A stretch of 64,000 nucleotides of DNA from Squalus acanthias (GCA_030390025.1 CM059432.1:110114001-110178000); one strand, 5' to 3'; shown: positions 27,671-40,900, counted from the stretch's first letter. Made by a program: numbers and translations. The notes: generated by a model not told the origin, from the letters alone.

Positions 27671-29122
27671 CTGAATACAGAGACAGGAAGAAAATAATTC
27701 CACTAAAATTTTAAAAAGGAAGATATACAGGTGAAGAGGAAGGACAGAAAACAGGAATGCAAAATCTGGAAGGAAATTGCAAAGAAAGAATAAAAGGCAG
27801 CTATCGGGGGGGGGGGGGGAGAGAAAGAGGAGGAAGGGAATGGGTAAGGACAGTTAACAACCCACATGGTACCTGAAAATACAAATAAATTAAATCATAA
27901 GTAAGTGTTTTTGAATAATGAAATACTTGGTCTACCACAATTTCTTAGTAATGAACAATATACTGTATTCAGATTATAGCAATTTGCACGCATCAGTTCT
28001 GCAATTATAACTTCACTGTCTGAAGAATATTGCACAATTCTCTGCAGAAAGTTGTCCAGATGACCTACGTATATAGATCTCTCTTTGAGATAACAGACAT
28101 ATATATATATAGACCATTTATACAGATTGATTTTTATGCAGTTAATTTCTGGAGAACATGGACTATCCTTGAATTTGTTGAATTCTTGCACTCAAAAGAT
28201 GAGAAACGTTAGTGCTAGAAATGAAACACATTTGGAAATTTAACAAACACTTTAAGTTCATGAACACCAGTCACATGCAGAGTAAAGCTCTCTCTACTTT
28301 GTATCAACAATGTGACTGCATTTCAATCTCAGAGCACCAAGATCAATTCTCATAGCTCCCATTCTTCTCTCTTCATTCCACCCTGAGCAAGATTAATTTA
28401 GTGCTAGCAGGTAAATTCTCTGGGCAGTTTTGTGCTACAGGCTTTTCCCATTCGGAAGTGGACTGAGACGACACAACCATAGTTCAGATATTTCCTTTTA
28501 AAGTCAGCAGAGACTACATTCATCGAATCATAGAAATTTACGGCACAGAAGGAGGCCATTCAGCCCGTCATGTCTGTGCTGGCTGAAAAAGAGCTATCCA
28601 GCCTAATCCCACTTTCCAGCTCTTGGTCCGTAGCTCTGCAGGTTACGGCACTTCAAGTGCATATCCAGTATTTTTTAAATGTGATGAGGGTCTCTGCCTC
28701 TACCACCCTTTCAGGCAGTGAGTTCCAGACCCCCACCACCCTCAGTGAAAAATATTTTCAACGCCTCTCTAATCCTTCTACCAATTACTTTAAATCTATG
28801 CCCCCTGGTTATTGACCTCTCTGCTAGGGGAAATAGGTCCTTCCTATCCACTCTATCTAGGCCCCTCATAACTTTATACACCTCAATAAAGTCTCCCCTC
28901 AGCCTCCTCTGTGCCAAAGAAAACAACCCCAGCCTAGCCAATCATTCCTCGTAGCCAAAATTCTCCAGTCCTGGCAACATCCTCGTAAATCTCCTCTGTA
29001 CCCTCTCTAGTGCAATCACATCCTTCCTGTAATGTGGTGACCAGAACTGTACGCAGCACTCTAGCTGTGGCCTAACTAGTGTTTTATACAGTTCAAGAAT
29101 AACCTTCCTATTCTTATATTCT

Positions 29123-29324
29123 ATGTGAGAAGTCGCACAACACCAGGTTATAGTCCAACAGCTTTATTTGAAATCACAAGCTTTCGGAGCGCTGCTCCTT
29201 CGTCAGGTGAAGCAGCGCTCCGAAAGCTTGTGATTTCAAATAAAGCTGTTGGACTATAACCTGGTGTTGTGCGACTTCTCACATTTGTCCACCCCAGTCC
29301 AACACCGGCATCTCCACATCATGG
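29123..29324. mobile_element. Penelope-like element terminal-repeat remnant: perfect 74-bp inverted repeat plus 40-bp tail
   Basis: 29123-29196 is the exact reverse complement of 29211-29284, with a 14-nt spacer. Flanked by duplicated cttatattct (29113-29122, 29325-29334). Confidence 0.75.
29174..29210 (-). ncRNA. Minimal type I hammerhead ribozyme motif
   Basis: Minus strand reads UCAC-CUGACGA-A-GGAGC-AGC-GCUCC-GAAA-GC-UU-GUGA: stem I UCAC/GUGA, core CUGANGA and GAAA, 5-bp stem II, palindromic AGCU in place of stem III. Confidence 0.7.
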
Positions 29325-30529
29325 CTTATATTCTGCCTCGGCTAATAAAGGAAAGTATCCCGTATGCCTTCTTAACCACCTTATCTACCTGTCCTGCTAC
29401 CTTCAGGGATCTGTGGACATGCACTCCAAGGTTCCTCTGTTCCTCTACACTTCTCAGTGTCCTACCATTTACTGTGTATTCCCTTGCCTTGTTAGCCCTC
29501 CCCAAATGCATTACCTCACACATTCATCCCATCAGTCTGATGCGAACTGGAAGCACATTCTCTGCATGTTAACTTACTATGTCACCCAATTCCTATTCCC
29601 TAGAGGCCCCAAACAATGTGATTACAATTGCATAATAATAGAAACCTGGATATTCTTGCACTTTACATATCTGTCAATCACTTGGTTGTAGCAACACTTA
29701 AAAATGGCAGGTACATTATTTTTTTCTGCTGCTATGGCAGGCATTGCCATCATGCTATAATATTTCAATTAGAATGCATTTAATTGAAGGTACTCCAGCA
29801 ACAAATTACATTTTAGACTATACATTAAACATGACAATTTTAATTATAGTTTCATAAGTTGTGCATCAAATGCACTTTCAGGGATAATTTAAGGGCACCT
29901 GCATATCCCAACATATTCTAAAATATATATACTCCCAAAGGTTTTTTCCCCAGAATTGAAATGTTACAGGAGTCAATAAAGGGACAACCACTAAGGGATG
30001 ACGTAGACAGTTATCAATTTGCTTTAGATTACTGAAGTCAGTCCAGTATCCATTTCACCATATTGTTTTGGGCCTCCACGTATTTAGCTAGACTTCAGTT
30101 AATCACTGCGACCCTGTAATACCTTTATCCGGAAATACAACAGAAGAATCTACCTATTTGACCGGATATTTTAGATTAAAACTGTCATCCCCCACTTTCA
30201 GTTTAACATGTAATTGCGAAAAACTCAGAGCATCTAATCAAGATCCTCCAAACACCAAGAAAACACTTGGGAAATCTTCCAGACTTCTCGTGTACAATTT
30301 CTTCTTTAAAACCAACTCTACATCATAGATTGGAGGGGTAAATGCACCAAGGAGTGTGGTAGTGAACAGCCACATCGTGATTGCATGTGGACACGATCAG
30401 GCTTAGCTGTAATAGTCCTCTCCAGTTTTCAATGCTTGAAGAATGGCCACGTAGGCAATTCTAGTCCATGTGGAATGGAACCCTAACAGTGAAAGAAGAA
30501 TGACCGCATCTGGAGAAAAATAAAAGTGC

Positions 30530-33500
30530 AGTTTAAACAGAGTGCTGCGAGTTGGGAATTACACCAAGGAAAGAGTCCGAACGCGGGAGCAGTCAAACAA
30601 CAACAACTGCGAAACCGCTAAAGTGACGTCATAACCAGGGAAGGAGCTGATTGGTAAGTAGGAATTGGAGTCCAGTAGTTAAAGTAAAAGTAAGGTCTCT
30701 AGTTTAGAGTAAGTAGTGTTTGAAGGGAAGTAAGGTCCCTAGTGTATTTAATATTCTTTAATTTAAAGCAAGTAAAGGGAGTAAATTAAGGGTAGGACAT
30801 GGCAGGGCAGCTCAGCAGCGTGGAGTGCTCCTCCTGTGCTATGTGGGAAGTCAGGGACACTTTCGGTGTCCAGGGCGAACACATGTGCAGGAAGTGTCTC
30901 CAGCTGCAGCTACTCGAAATCCACGTTTTGGAGCTGGAGCTGCGGTTGGAGTCACTGTGGAGCATCCGCGAAGCTGAGATCTTCGTGGATAGCACGTTTA
31001 ACGAGGTGGTCACACCGCAGGCAAAGAGTGCACAGGCAGACAGGAAATGGGTGACCGCCAGACAGGGTAAAAGAACTAGGAAGGTAGTCCCCTGGGTCCA
31101 TCTCCCTCTCTAACAGATTTTCCGTTTTGGATACTGATGGGGGAGATGGTTTCTAAGGGGAATGCAGCAAGAGCCAAGTCCGTGGCACTACGAGTGGCTC
31201 AGCTGCATAGGAGGGGAGGAAAAAGAGTGAGAGAGCAATAGTGATTGGGGATTCTATCGTAAGGAGAACACATAGACGTTTCTGTGGCCGCAGACGTGAC
31301 TCCAGGATGGTATGTTGCCTCCCTGGTGCCAGGGTCAAGGATGTCACTGAACGGCTGCAGGGCATTCTGAAGGGGGAGGGCGAACAGTCAGAGGTCGTGG
31401 TTCACATTGGTACCAACGACATGGGTAGAAAGAGGGATGAGGTCCTGCAACAAGAATTTAGGGAGCTAGGTAGCAGATTAAAAAGCAGGACCTCAAAGGT
31501 TGTAATCTCTGGGTTAATCCCGGTGCCACGTGCTAGTGAGTATAGGAACAGGAGGATAGAGCAGATGAATGCATGGCTAAAGAGTTGGTGCAGGAGGGAG
31601 GGCTTTAGTTTCCTAGATCACGGTCTGCTTCTGGGTAAGGTGGGACCTGTACAAGTCGGACGGGTTGCATTTGAACTGGAACGGGACCAACATCCTTGCG
31701 GGGAGGTTTGGTAGTACTGTTGGGGGGGGGGGGGGGGGGGTTTAAACTAACTTCACAGGGGGATGGGATAGAGTGGAGCTATAGTAGGGGGTGATGCACA
31801 GCTAAATATAGAGGAAAAAACAAGTCAGCCTGCAAGGCAGAGCAAATATGTAACGGCACAAGGGAGTATGGCAAGGCTGGATCGCATTTATTTTAATGCG
31901 AGGAGTCTTGCGAGTAAGGCAGATGAATTGAAGGTGTTGAACACATGGGAGTATGATATTGTTGCTATCACAGAGACATGGTTGAGGGAGGGGCAGGACT
32001 GGCAGCTCAATATTCCAGGGTATAGAACCTTCAGGTGAGACAGAGAGGGGTGTACAAGAGGAGGGGGTGTCGCAATATTAATCAAGGAGTCAATTACTGC
32101 TGTAAGGAGGGATGATATCTTAGCAGGTTCCTCTAATGACGCCATATGGGTAGAACTTAAAATGGGAGCAAGCACTTTGCTGGGAGTGTACTATAGGCCC
32201 CCAAACAGTCAGGGGGAGATAGAGGAACAGATATGTAGGCAAATCTCAGAGAAGTGTAGAAATAATAGGGTAATAATAGTAGGGGATTTCAACTTCCCCA
32301 ATATTAACTGGGATAGTCAGAATGTGAAAGGCTTAGAGGGTGCGGAATTCTTAAAGTACATCCAGGAGAGCTTTTTGAGCCAGCATGTAGAAAGTCCCAC
32401 AAGAGAGGGGGCGGTACTGGACCTAATTCTAGGGAATGTAGCTGGGCAAGTGGTAGAAGTGTCAGTAGGAGAGCATTTTGGTGACAGTGACCATAATTCA
32501 GTGAGATTGAAGGTAGTCATGGAAAAGGACAAAGATGGACCGGAAATAAAGGTTCTAAATTGGGGGAAGGCCGATTTTAATATGATAAGGCAGGATCTGG
32601 CTAAAGTGGATTGGGATCAGCTACTTGTAGGAAAATCCACATCAGAGCAGTGGGAGTCTTTCAGAAAGGAAATAGAGAGAGTACAACGCCAACATGTTAT
32701 GTTCCCGTAAAGGTCAAGGGTGGGACCAAAAAGCCCAGGGAACCCTGGATGTCAAGGGTTATACAAGAATGGATTAGGAAAAAAAGGGAGGCTTTTGGCA
32801 GATACAAAGGACTAAAAACAGTGGAAGCCCGAGAGGAGTATAGAAAGTGCAGGGGGGTACTTAAAAAAGAAATTAGGAGAGCGAAGAGGGGGCATGAAAA
32901 AACACTGGCGGGCAAAATAAAGGAAAATCCCAAGATATTTTATAAGTATATTAAGGGCAAAAGGATAACCAGGGAAAGAGTAGGGCCCATTAGAGACCAA
33001 AGTGGCAATCTGTATGTAGAGCCAGAAGATGTAGGTGAGGTTTTAAATGAATATTTTGCATCTGTGTTCACTATGGAGGACGATGTAGGCATAGAAATCA
33101 GGATTATGATATACTTGAACAAATTAGTATGGAGAGGGAGGTGGTACTAGCGGTTTTAGCGGGCTTAAAAGTGGGGCTTAAATCCCCAGGCCCAGACGAG
33201 ATGTATCCCAGGCTGCTGTGTGAGGCAAGGGAGGAGATTGCAGGGGCGGACACAAATTTTCAGAACCTCTCTGGCCACAGGGGAGGTGTCAGAGGACTGG
33301 AGAACAGCTAACGTAGTACCATTATTCAAGAAGGGTAGTAGGGATAAACCAGGGAATTACAGGCCAGTGAGCCTAACATCAGTGGTAGGGAAATTATTTG
33401 AAAAAATTCTGAGGGAAAGAATTAGTCTCCACTTGGAGAGGCAAGGATTAATCAAGGATAGTCAGCATGGCTTTGTCAGGGGGAGATCATGTCTAACCAA

Positions 33501-34740
33501 TCTGATTGAACTTTTCGAGGGGGTGACTAGGTGTGTGGATGAGAGTAGTGCCGTTGATGTAGTCTACATGGACTTCAATAAGGTTTTTGACAAAGTCCCG
33601 CATGGGAGACTGGTCAAGAAGGTAAGAGCCCATGGGATCCAGGGCAATTTGGCACATTGGATCCAAAATTGGCTTAGTGGCAGGAGGCAGAGGGTGATGG
33701 TCGAAGGTTGTTTTTGTGACTGGAAGCCTGTGTCCAGTGGTGTACTGCAGGGATCGGTGCTGGGTCCATTGCTGTTTATAGTGTACATTAATGATTTAGA
33801 TATGAATGTAGGAGGTATGATCAGTAAGTTCGCAGATGACACGAAAATTGGTGGAGTGGTAAATAGCGAGGAGGGAAGTCTCAGGCTACAGGACAATATA
33901 GATGGGTTGGTTAGATGGGCTGAACAGTGACAAATGGAATTTAACCCTGAAAAGTGTGAGGTGATGCATTTTGGGAGGACTAACAAGGCAAGGGAATACA
34001 CAATGAATGGTAGGACCCTAGGAAGGACAGAGGATCAGAGAGACCTTGGTGTGCATGTACATAGATCCCTGAAGGCAGCAGGACAGGTAGATAAGGTGGT
34101 TAAAAAGGCATATGGGATACTTATATTCTATGCCTCGGCTAATGAAGGCAAGCGCAGGGAGGTTATGATGGAGCTGTACAAAACGTTAGTTAGGCCACAG
34201 CTGGAATACTGAGTGCAGTTCTGGTCGCCACACTATAGGAAGGATGTGATTGCATTGGAGAGGGTGCAGAGGAGATTCACCGGGATGTTACCTGGGCTGG
34301 AGCGCTTCAGCTATGAAGAAAGACTGGACAGGCTGGGGTTGTTTTCCTTAGAGCAGAGAAGGCTGAGGGGGGACCTGATTGAGGTGTACAAAATTATGAG
34401 GGGCATAGATAGGGTGGATAGAAAGGAACTTTTCCCCTTAGTAGAGGGGTCAATAACCAGGGGGCATAGTTTGAAGGTAAAGGGCAAGAGGTTTAGAGGG
34501 GATTTGAGGAAAAACTTTTTCACCCAGAGGGTGGTTGGAATCTGGAACTCACTGCCTGAAAGGGTGGTAGAGGCAGGAACCCTCACAACATTCAAGAAGC
34601 ATTTAGATGAGCACTTGAAACGTCACAGCATACAAGGCTACGGACCAAGTGCTGGAAAATGGGATTAGAATAGACAGGGCTTGATGGCCGGCGCGGACAC
34701 AATGGGCCGAAGGGCCTCTTTCTGTGCTGTATAACTACGA
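30530..34740 (+). mobile_element. Near full-length CR1 LINE, same subfamily as 18330-22355, with longer 5'UTR
   Basis: ORF1 from 30799 (CSSCAMWE...HMCRKC; esterase), EN 32162-32710, RT 33220-34668 with stops and frameshifts. Confidence 0.95.
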
Positions 34741-34759
34741 CTTGCTCTAATCCAGCGTG

Positions 34760-35320
34760 GCGCCCTCTATGGAGATCCGTGGAGTCTGTGAGCGAGGCTG
34801 TTTAACCAATCAGATTGAAAAATCCTCACAGACACGCAGGAATTAAACCAGGAATTATAAATTAGATTTAAATCATGTACAGAAAGCAAAAGAAAGCTTA
34901 GGAAAGAAAGATGGGATTAAGAGAGAGCGAGATAAAAGAGACAAATAAAAAGTAAAAAATATTTTTTTTTTGGAAATCTCCAATACTAATTAAATTCTGA
35001 AGGAATGAGACTCCACACTTGTAAAGTTAAATTTTCAAGGCCAGAGGTTGTTGGGCAGTAATTATGACTAATGACACTGTTAAAAATTCACTTAAACACT
35101 AACCTTTACTGCTGTGTTTAGTGGGTAACTACAGCAAGTTCACGCCTAGTCTATTGGCAAGGTACTGTTATTGCGCAGCCTGTGGCGAAGCAGGGTAACT
35201 CAGACCGCAACTTCCAGATTTCCACATTTAACTGCGCATATGCAGAGTTGCTGTCCGATTTACTCTAATAAGTGAGCGCCGTTAGCCTCACCGTTATTCT
35301 CAATGCAAAATCCAGGTCAA
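34760..35320. mobile_element. MITE copy related to 6064-6813 (opposite orientation)
   Basis: gaaggaatgagactccacacttgtaa and aaccaatcagattgaa are reverse complements of motifs at about 6382-6408 and 6612-6627. Confidence 0.6.
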
Positions 35321-35339
35321 TCTGTTTCAGTGATGTTGA

Positions 35340-35603
35340 TTTGAGGGATAAATATTGGCCAAGACATAGGGAGAACTCCCCTGCTCGCCTTCAAATAGTG
35401 TCATGGGATCTTTTACATCCACCTGAGGGCAGACAGGGCCGCGTTTTAACGACTCATCCGAAAGACGCACCTCTGACAGTGCAGCACTCCCTCAATATGA
35501 ACTGAAGTGTCAGCCTGGAATTTATGCTGAAATCTCTCAAATGGCACTTGAACCCACAATCTTGACTCACGAGGCAAGAGTGCTACCACTGAGCCACAGC
35601 TGA
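35340..35603 (-). mobile_element. DeuSINE (SacSINE1/AmnSINE1-like)
   Basis: tRNA-like head (tcagctgtggctcagtggtagc...gggttcaagt) followed by Deu-domain-like gctgcactgtcagaggtgcgtctttcggatgag. A more degraded copy lies at about 51730-51910. Confidence 0.7.
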
Positions 35604-36254
35604 AACCTTGGCAACAGTGAATGGCACCAGGAGGGGGAAAGCATAATTCTACTTCCAAACCAGCCAGTCTGAGGGCTCTGCAATGGAATGCAGAGGCTTC
35701 AATGCAGCGGACACTACTGAACAGACTGCCTATGGCAGATCTCATTCAAGACAGTACCGTAAACATTTCCAGTGATTATCAGATATATAAACAGCAAATA
35801 TGGAAAATACACACCAGTTACAGCAGCACCTGTGTAAAAAAAAAAGAGGTTCTTTACCAGAAATGTTAACCTCAGATGCTGTGTATTTCTAGCATTCAGA
35901 TTTCCAGCATATCCAATTCTTTTTTTTTTAAATGTTGCTTTTTAAAAAAAAACTACATCCATTGGTTAGTAAATATTAATTCAGCACCCCCCACGATTTC
36001 AAGGCCCCGGATTCCCGACTCCATCGTCCCCAATGGGCAGTTCCGAACTTCTGTGTAATGGGGATCTTTTTACTCAGCATCCACAGTGCAGAGAAACCCT
36101 TCTATCCCTGTGATAGAGCCATGCAAGCATTCAATCCCAGAGATGGAAGGGTTTCTCTACAGCTACGCTTGCTGGGTAAAGAACTCTTCATTAAACAAAT
36201 TACTTTTTTCACTCTCTGCTGCCTCGTACTTACCTGTGCGTCCGGATTTGGTGC

Positions 36255-37430
36255 ATTGAAGGCTGGTGAATCTGCGCTGCTCCCCCTCCAAGGACAATAT
36301 ATCCTTCCTGAGGTGCGGTGCCCAGCACTGAACGATGTACTCTAAATGGAGCCTAACCAGAGCTTTATATATCTGTAATCTAACTTTCACCCCTTTGTAT
36401 TCCAGTCCCTTGTGATAAAGGCCAACATTCCATTAGCCATTTAATTATTTTTTGTACCTGTCCAATAGCTTTTAGTATTTTTGTACACTGACCCCTAAAT
36501 CTCCCTGCTTCTCCACAGGTACTAGCTTCTCACCATTTAGAAAATACTCTGATCTATCTTTTAGGTGCCAAGTGGATGACCTCACACTTCCACACATTAA
36601 ACTCCATCTGCCACAGTTTTGCCCACTCACTTAATCTGTCAATGTCCCTTTACAACTTTCTGCTCCCATCTGCATTATCTACTGTGCCACCTGACTTAGT
36701 GTCAGCAGCAAACTTGGATAAACGGCTCCCTATTCCTTTGTCTAAGTCATTGATAAGTATAGTGAAAAACTGAGGCCCCAGTACAGATCCCTGGGGGACA
36801 CCACTAGCCACATTCTGCCAAGTTGAGTACATACCCTTTATCCCTAATCTGTGTCTCCTATCTCCTAATCAATTCCCTACCCAATAAGTTGCCTCCAATT
36901 CCATGTGCTCTTATTTTTGTTAACAGTCTCTTGTGTGGAACCTAATTGAATGCCTTCTGGACAACATCCATAGACACTCTCTTATCTACTACTGTCGTTA
37001 CCTCCTCAAAAAATTCAACTAGGTTTGTTAGACATGACTTATGCTTTACAAATCCATGTTGGTTCTCTCTGATCAGTTCATATTTGTGGGGTTAAGGTAG
37101 CATAATGGTTATGTTACTGGACAAGTAATCCAGCGGCCTGGACTAATGATTCAGACACGAGTTCAAATCCCACCACAGCAGCTCCCACTGTTCATCTGTA
37201 TTTTTACCCATTAACAGTTCTGCCCAGTCTACTGTGGTCAATTTCTGGCTCATTCCTCCAAAGTCCGCCTTACCTAAATTTAAAACCTTGGTTTGTGACT
37301 CACCCTTCTCGCTCTCAAACCCAATATCAAATTCAAACATCTTACAGTCACTGTTAGCTAGGTGTTCCCTTATTGCTAGATTGCTGACTAATTCAGGTTC
37401 ATTACTCATCACTAAATCTAGTACGGCCTG
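36255..37430 (-). mobile_element. Old CR1 fragments with a short tRNA-like SINE head at about 37088-37182
   Basis: SGVPQGSVLGP...KFAAD (36650-36832) and EN-like LDLVMSNE...SD (37143-37430). Confidence 0.75.
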
Positions 37431-39399
37431 TTCTATGTTGGCGCACCTGGCTAAATAAAAAAAATCAGACAATGCAGCCATTACTGTAAGTGGGTACACG
37501 GTATTTCAGGTTAAATGCAGTAAATTGCTTTTAAATAGTTTTGAAATGCAATTTCTTTTAAACACATTTCATACAGCACATTAAAAATATTTGTTATATA
37601 TTGAGATCAAGATGTCTGCAAATCCTGGACAGACTTGCGGCAGAATCCATATTCTTATGCCACAGAATTTGAGGAGCGCTGCCCGTAACCACTTCACCCC
37701 AGCACTGCATAGCTTTGGAACAACAAATCCGTTAAATTAAACTTTGTGCTTTTTGCAGTTCAAGTTGATGTAGAATGAAAATTTAATGTGTCCCCATTAC
37801 ACTTTTCTGAAACCCCAGTGACAAGACAAATTACAAGCTCATAAATGAAGAAACCAAGGTGAAGGCCCAAGACCCACAGAGCAAGATTCCAACGTGTAAA
37901 AAAAACATGGTAAATCAGGATGTAGTGATGTGGTGTTAATCCTGAATTTTTAAAGCCTGTAAACTGTAGAAGGAAGAAAGATTGAGGGAGGGAAGGTGTT
38001 CCACAGTTTAAGTCCTAGAAAAGTCTGCAATGAGCCTTGATTTCAACACAATGGAAGATTTTTGGAAGAGCATACAGGATTGCCTATTTGTGGTTTAGAA
38101 GGAACAAAAAAAGTTCAGAGGAATATCATAGTGCAGCATCAACAGAATAAAGACAAGAAAAGTTGCAAGAGATGTAGAGGTTGGAACCTAGAGGTGTGGA
38201 GGATTGTCTGTCACAAAACAAGTTTTTTCTTGTATCCTGTCTCGAAAGAACCACAATACTGGGAGACAAAAAAAATGGTGACTTTCAAATTGTTAGATAT
38301 TCGATTTTGTATGCTGCAGGGAATCCAGCCAACTTTAACTTACTAATGTCTCCCATGACACATCTGATACCAATCACTTGAAATATTTGCGCTAAAGCGA
38401 ATTTGATGGTGTTTTCTTATGGCTGGTGTCCTTTAAATTAAATTGCTGGCATTGCCTTTAAACGTGAAAGTGTGATTTGGAATACTGTACAGTATTTTCC
38501 CCATTATCAGCATTCCAGAAGCAGTATAACAAACGTGACAGAGCAGCACAAGCGTTACTGACAGACTCCCATTGTTTTAATTGCTCTAGTGTTTGCTTTT
38601 GCCACGCCTTTCTAGAGGCCAGATCCTTGGTCAATCCAGAGCTTCAATGTGAAGAAAATCAATTCAGCAACATTCTTTAGAAGCTTAGTAATCTTTTGTA
38701 CCATGCAGTAGGTTAACCGAGCAGTAACTTTGATTTAACAGTTAGGATTTGTTGCATACAATTATCAATACCGCAAGTGTTTAATAAACCTCCTTTTGTT
38801 TGGGGATAGAGGAGAGACGTGCATCATTTTTGTCACAATGCCATCATGCGCAAAGAACTCAATTTTAAACTTGATTTACACCACTACATTGTGTGCTAGC
38901 AGACAGTAGAACATTAGCTACTTTTTCCATGAAGACTGGATCCCTACAAATGGAGCAGCATAATGATGTAATTACAAAACTGATGATTCTTAGGGTCAAT
39001 AAAGCAAAATTAATTTCACTCTTCTGAAAAAGGCAAAATAAGATTTTAATGCAAAATATGGTTTTCCTCTGGTTCCACCAGACCATTATTTCGAATGCTA
39101 GCTGGCAGTTTGTCTATTAATCTACAGTCTAACTGAGAGCAAACAACATTAAAACTTGGCACCCCGGTGGCTCACACACTCAGGACCCAAGTCACTCACA
39201 GTGTACTAGCTCCACCATTCCCCTCTACATTTCAGCAGCCTCATGTCTCAAGGGCTCCAGGCTTGAGTGCACCTGGCACATCAATGGCCTGGTTATCTAC
39301 TGCCAAATCAGGCTGCACCATCTCAAGCAACATTGCATCACCTCTTACACTTCCAGTATACTCTAGAGCAAGGATAATCCCAGACCAATGACCAATCGC

Positions 39400-40510
39400 C
39401 TCCTCTACCCTTACCGCCAATGGCAAGTGCCAGGAGCTTATGGACCTTTCCGTCTCAAACACTGAGACAGCTGTAACCTCTTCATCCCATGTATCACAAT
39501 GCTCAGATCCCATATTACTCTCTATCTGCTCCCACATCTCTTACCAGAACCCATCACTTCTCTCAATCTCCTACCTGCCGAACACTTGACCACTTAACAA
39601 GCTTTTTTTCCTACGTTCGCTGGCGTTGCAGATGACTCCCTTTGTTATCACGCCCTGAAGAAGCAGACCCTTGACCTCTCCGTCCTCTCCAATGACTGCC
39701 CCACATCTAACCTCTCTTTCATTCAAAGGTCCTTGAATTCGCTATCAGCTGGCACTGTGCTCACCACTTCCACAATTCTTTGTTCAAATCACTCGGATAG
39801 CTTCCATCATACCCATGGTAGAGCCAACCTGGTTAACCTCACCAATTACATCCCTTGTGACTGCAATCATGGCACATGTGTGCTGCATTTCTCCTCAGTG
39901 TTTTACATGCTAAACCTTTCCATCCTCCTCAACACCGTGCATTTATAAAACGCCTTTAACATAGAAAAACGTTCCAAGGCAATTCACAGAAATGCAATCA
40001 GACCAAAATTGACACTTCGCCAAAGAAGTCAATCTTAGGAGCAGTGACAAAAAGCTTGGTCAAAGAGGTAGGTTTTAAAGAAGGTTTTAAAGCAGAAAGT
40101 GAAGTGGAGAGGTTTAGTGAGGAAATTCCAGAGCTTAGGATCTAGACGGCTGAACTCACACCGCCAAAGGTGGAGACAAGGGAGTGGGGGATACACAAGA
40201 CAGCACCTCCCAAACCCACGACCTCTACTGCCCAGAAGGACAAGGGCAGCAGGTGCAGGGGAACACCACCACCACCTGCAAGATCCCCTTCAAAGTTAGA
40301 CACCATCCTGACTTGAAAATATATCGCCGTTCCTTCATCGTCGCTGGGTCAAAATCCTGGAACTCCATACCAAACAGCATTGTGGGAGTACCTTCACCAC
40401 ACGGACTGCAGCGGTTCAAGGCAGCGGCTCACCACCACCTTCTCAAGGGCAATTAGGGATGGGCAATAAATGCTGGCCTTGGCAGCGACGCCCACATCCC
40501 AGGAACTAAT
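39400..40510. mobile_element. L2-like remnants plus a family B LINE 3' end (about 40200-40510, +)
   Basis: aaagcttggtcaaagaggtaggtttt and gaaattccagagcttagg L2-type 3' motifs; AAHHHLL terminus. Confidence 0.65.
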
Positions 40511-40561
40511 ATATAAAAAAAGACCAGAGTTGGGGGGCGCGTGGTTTGTAGGGAAGAGGGG

Positions 40562-40761
40562 NNNNNNNNNNNNNNNNNNNNNNNNNNNNNNNNNNNNNNN
40601 NNNNNNNNNNNNNNNNNNNNNNNNNNNNNNNNNNNNNNNNNNNNNNNNNNNNNNNNNNNNNNNNNNNNNNNNNNNNNNNNNNNNNNNNNNNNNNNNNNNN
40701 NNNNNNNNNNNNNNNNNNNNNNNNNNNNNNNNNNNNNNNNNNNNNNNNNNNNNNNNNNNNN
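40562..40761. other. Assembly gap (200 N) next to a pyrimidine-rich low-complexity tract
   Basis: Run of N, followed by ctcct/cccac-rich sequence to about 40885. Confidence 0.99.
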
Positions 40762-40900
40762 CCCCTCTCCTCTCCTCTACCCCACCCCACCCCACCCCTC
40801 CCCCTCTCCTCTCCTCTCCTCTCCCCCACCCCACCCCTCCCCTCTCCTCCCGCACCCCTCTCCTCTCCTCACCACACACCCCCCCGGTCCCTCTACTTGC

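Larger units (their letters stand above)
28525..29520 (-). mobile_element. CR1 3' fragment carrying a Penelope-like insertion
   Basis: CEVMHLGR...AYGILSFI and LGLFSLAQRRLRGD; CR1 3' end near 28530. Confidence 0.88.

Noticed and set aside
36225..36245. Strong minus-strand donor CAG|GTAAGT
   Set aside because: Abuts a CR1 fragment with no recognisable exon or acceptor.
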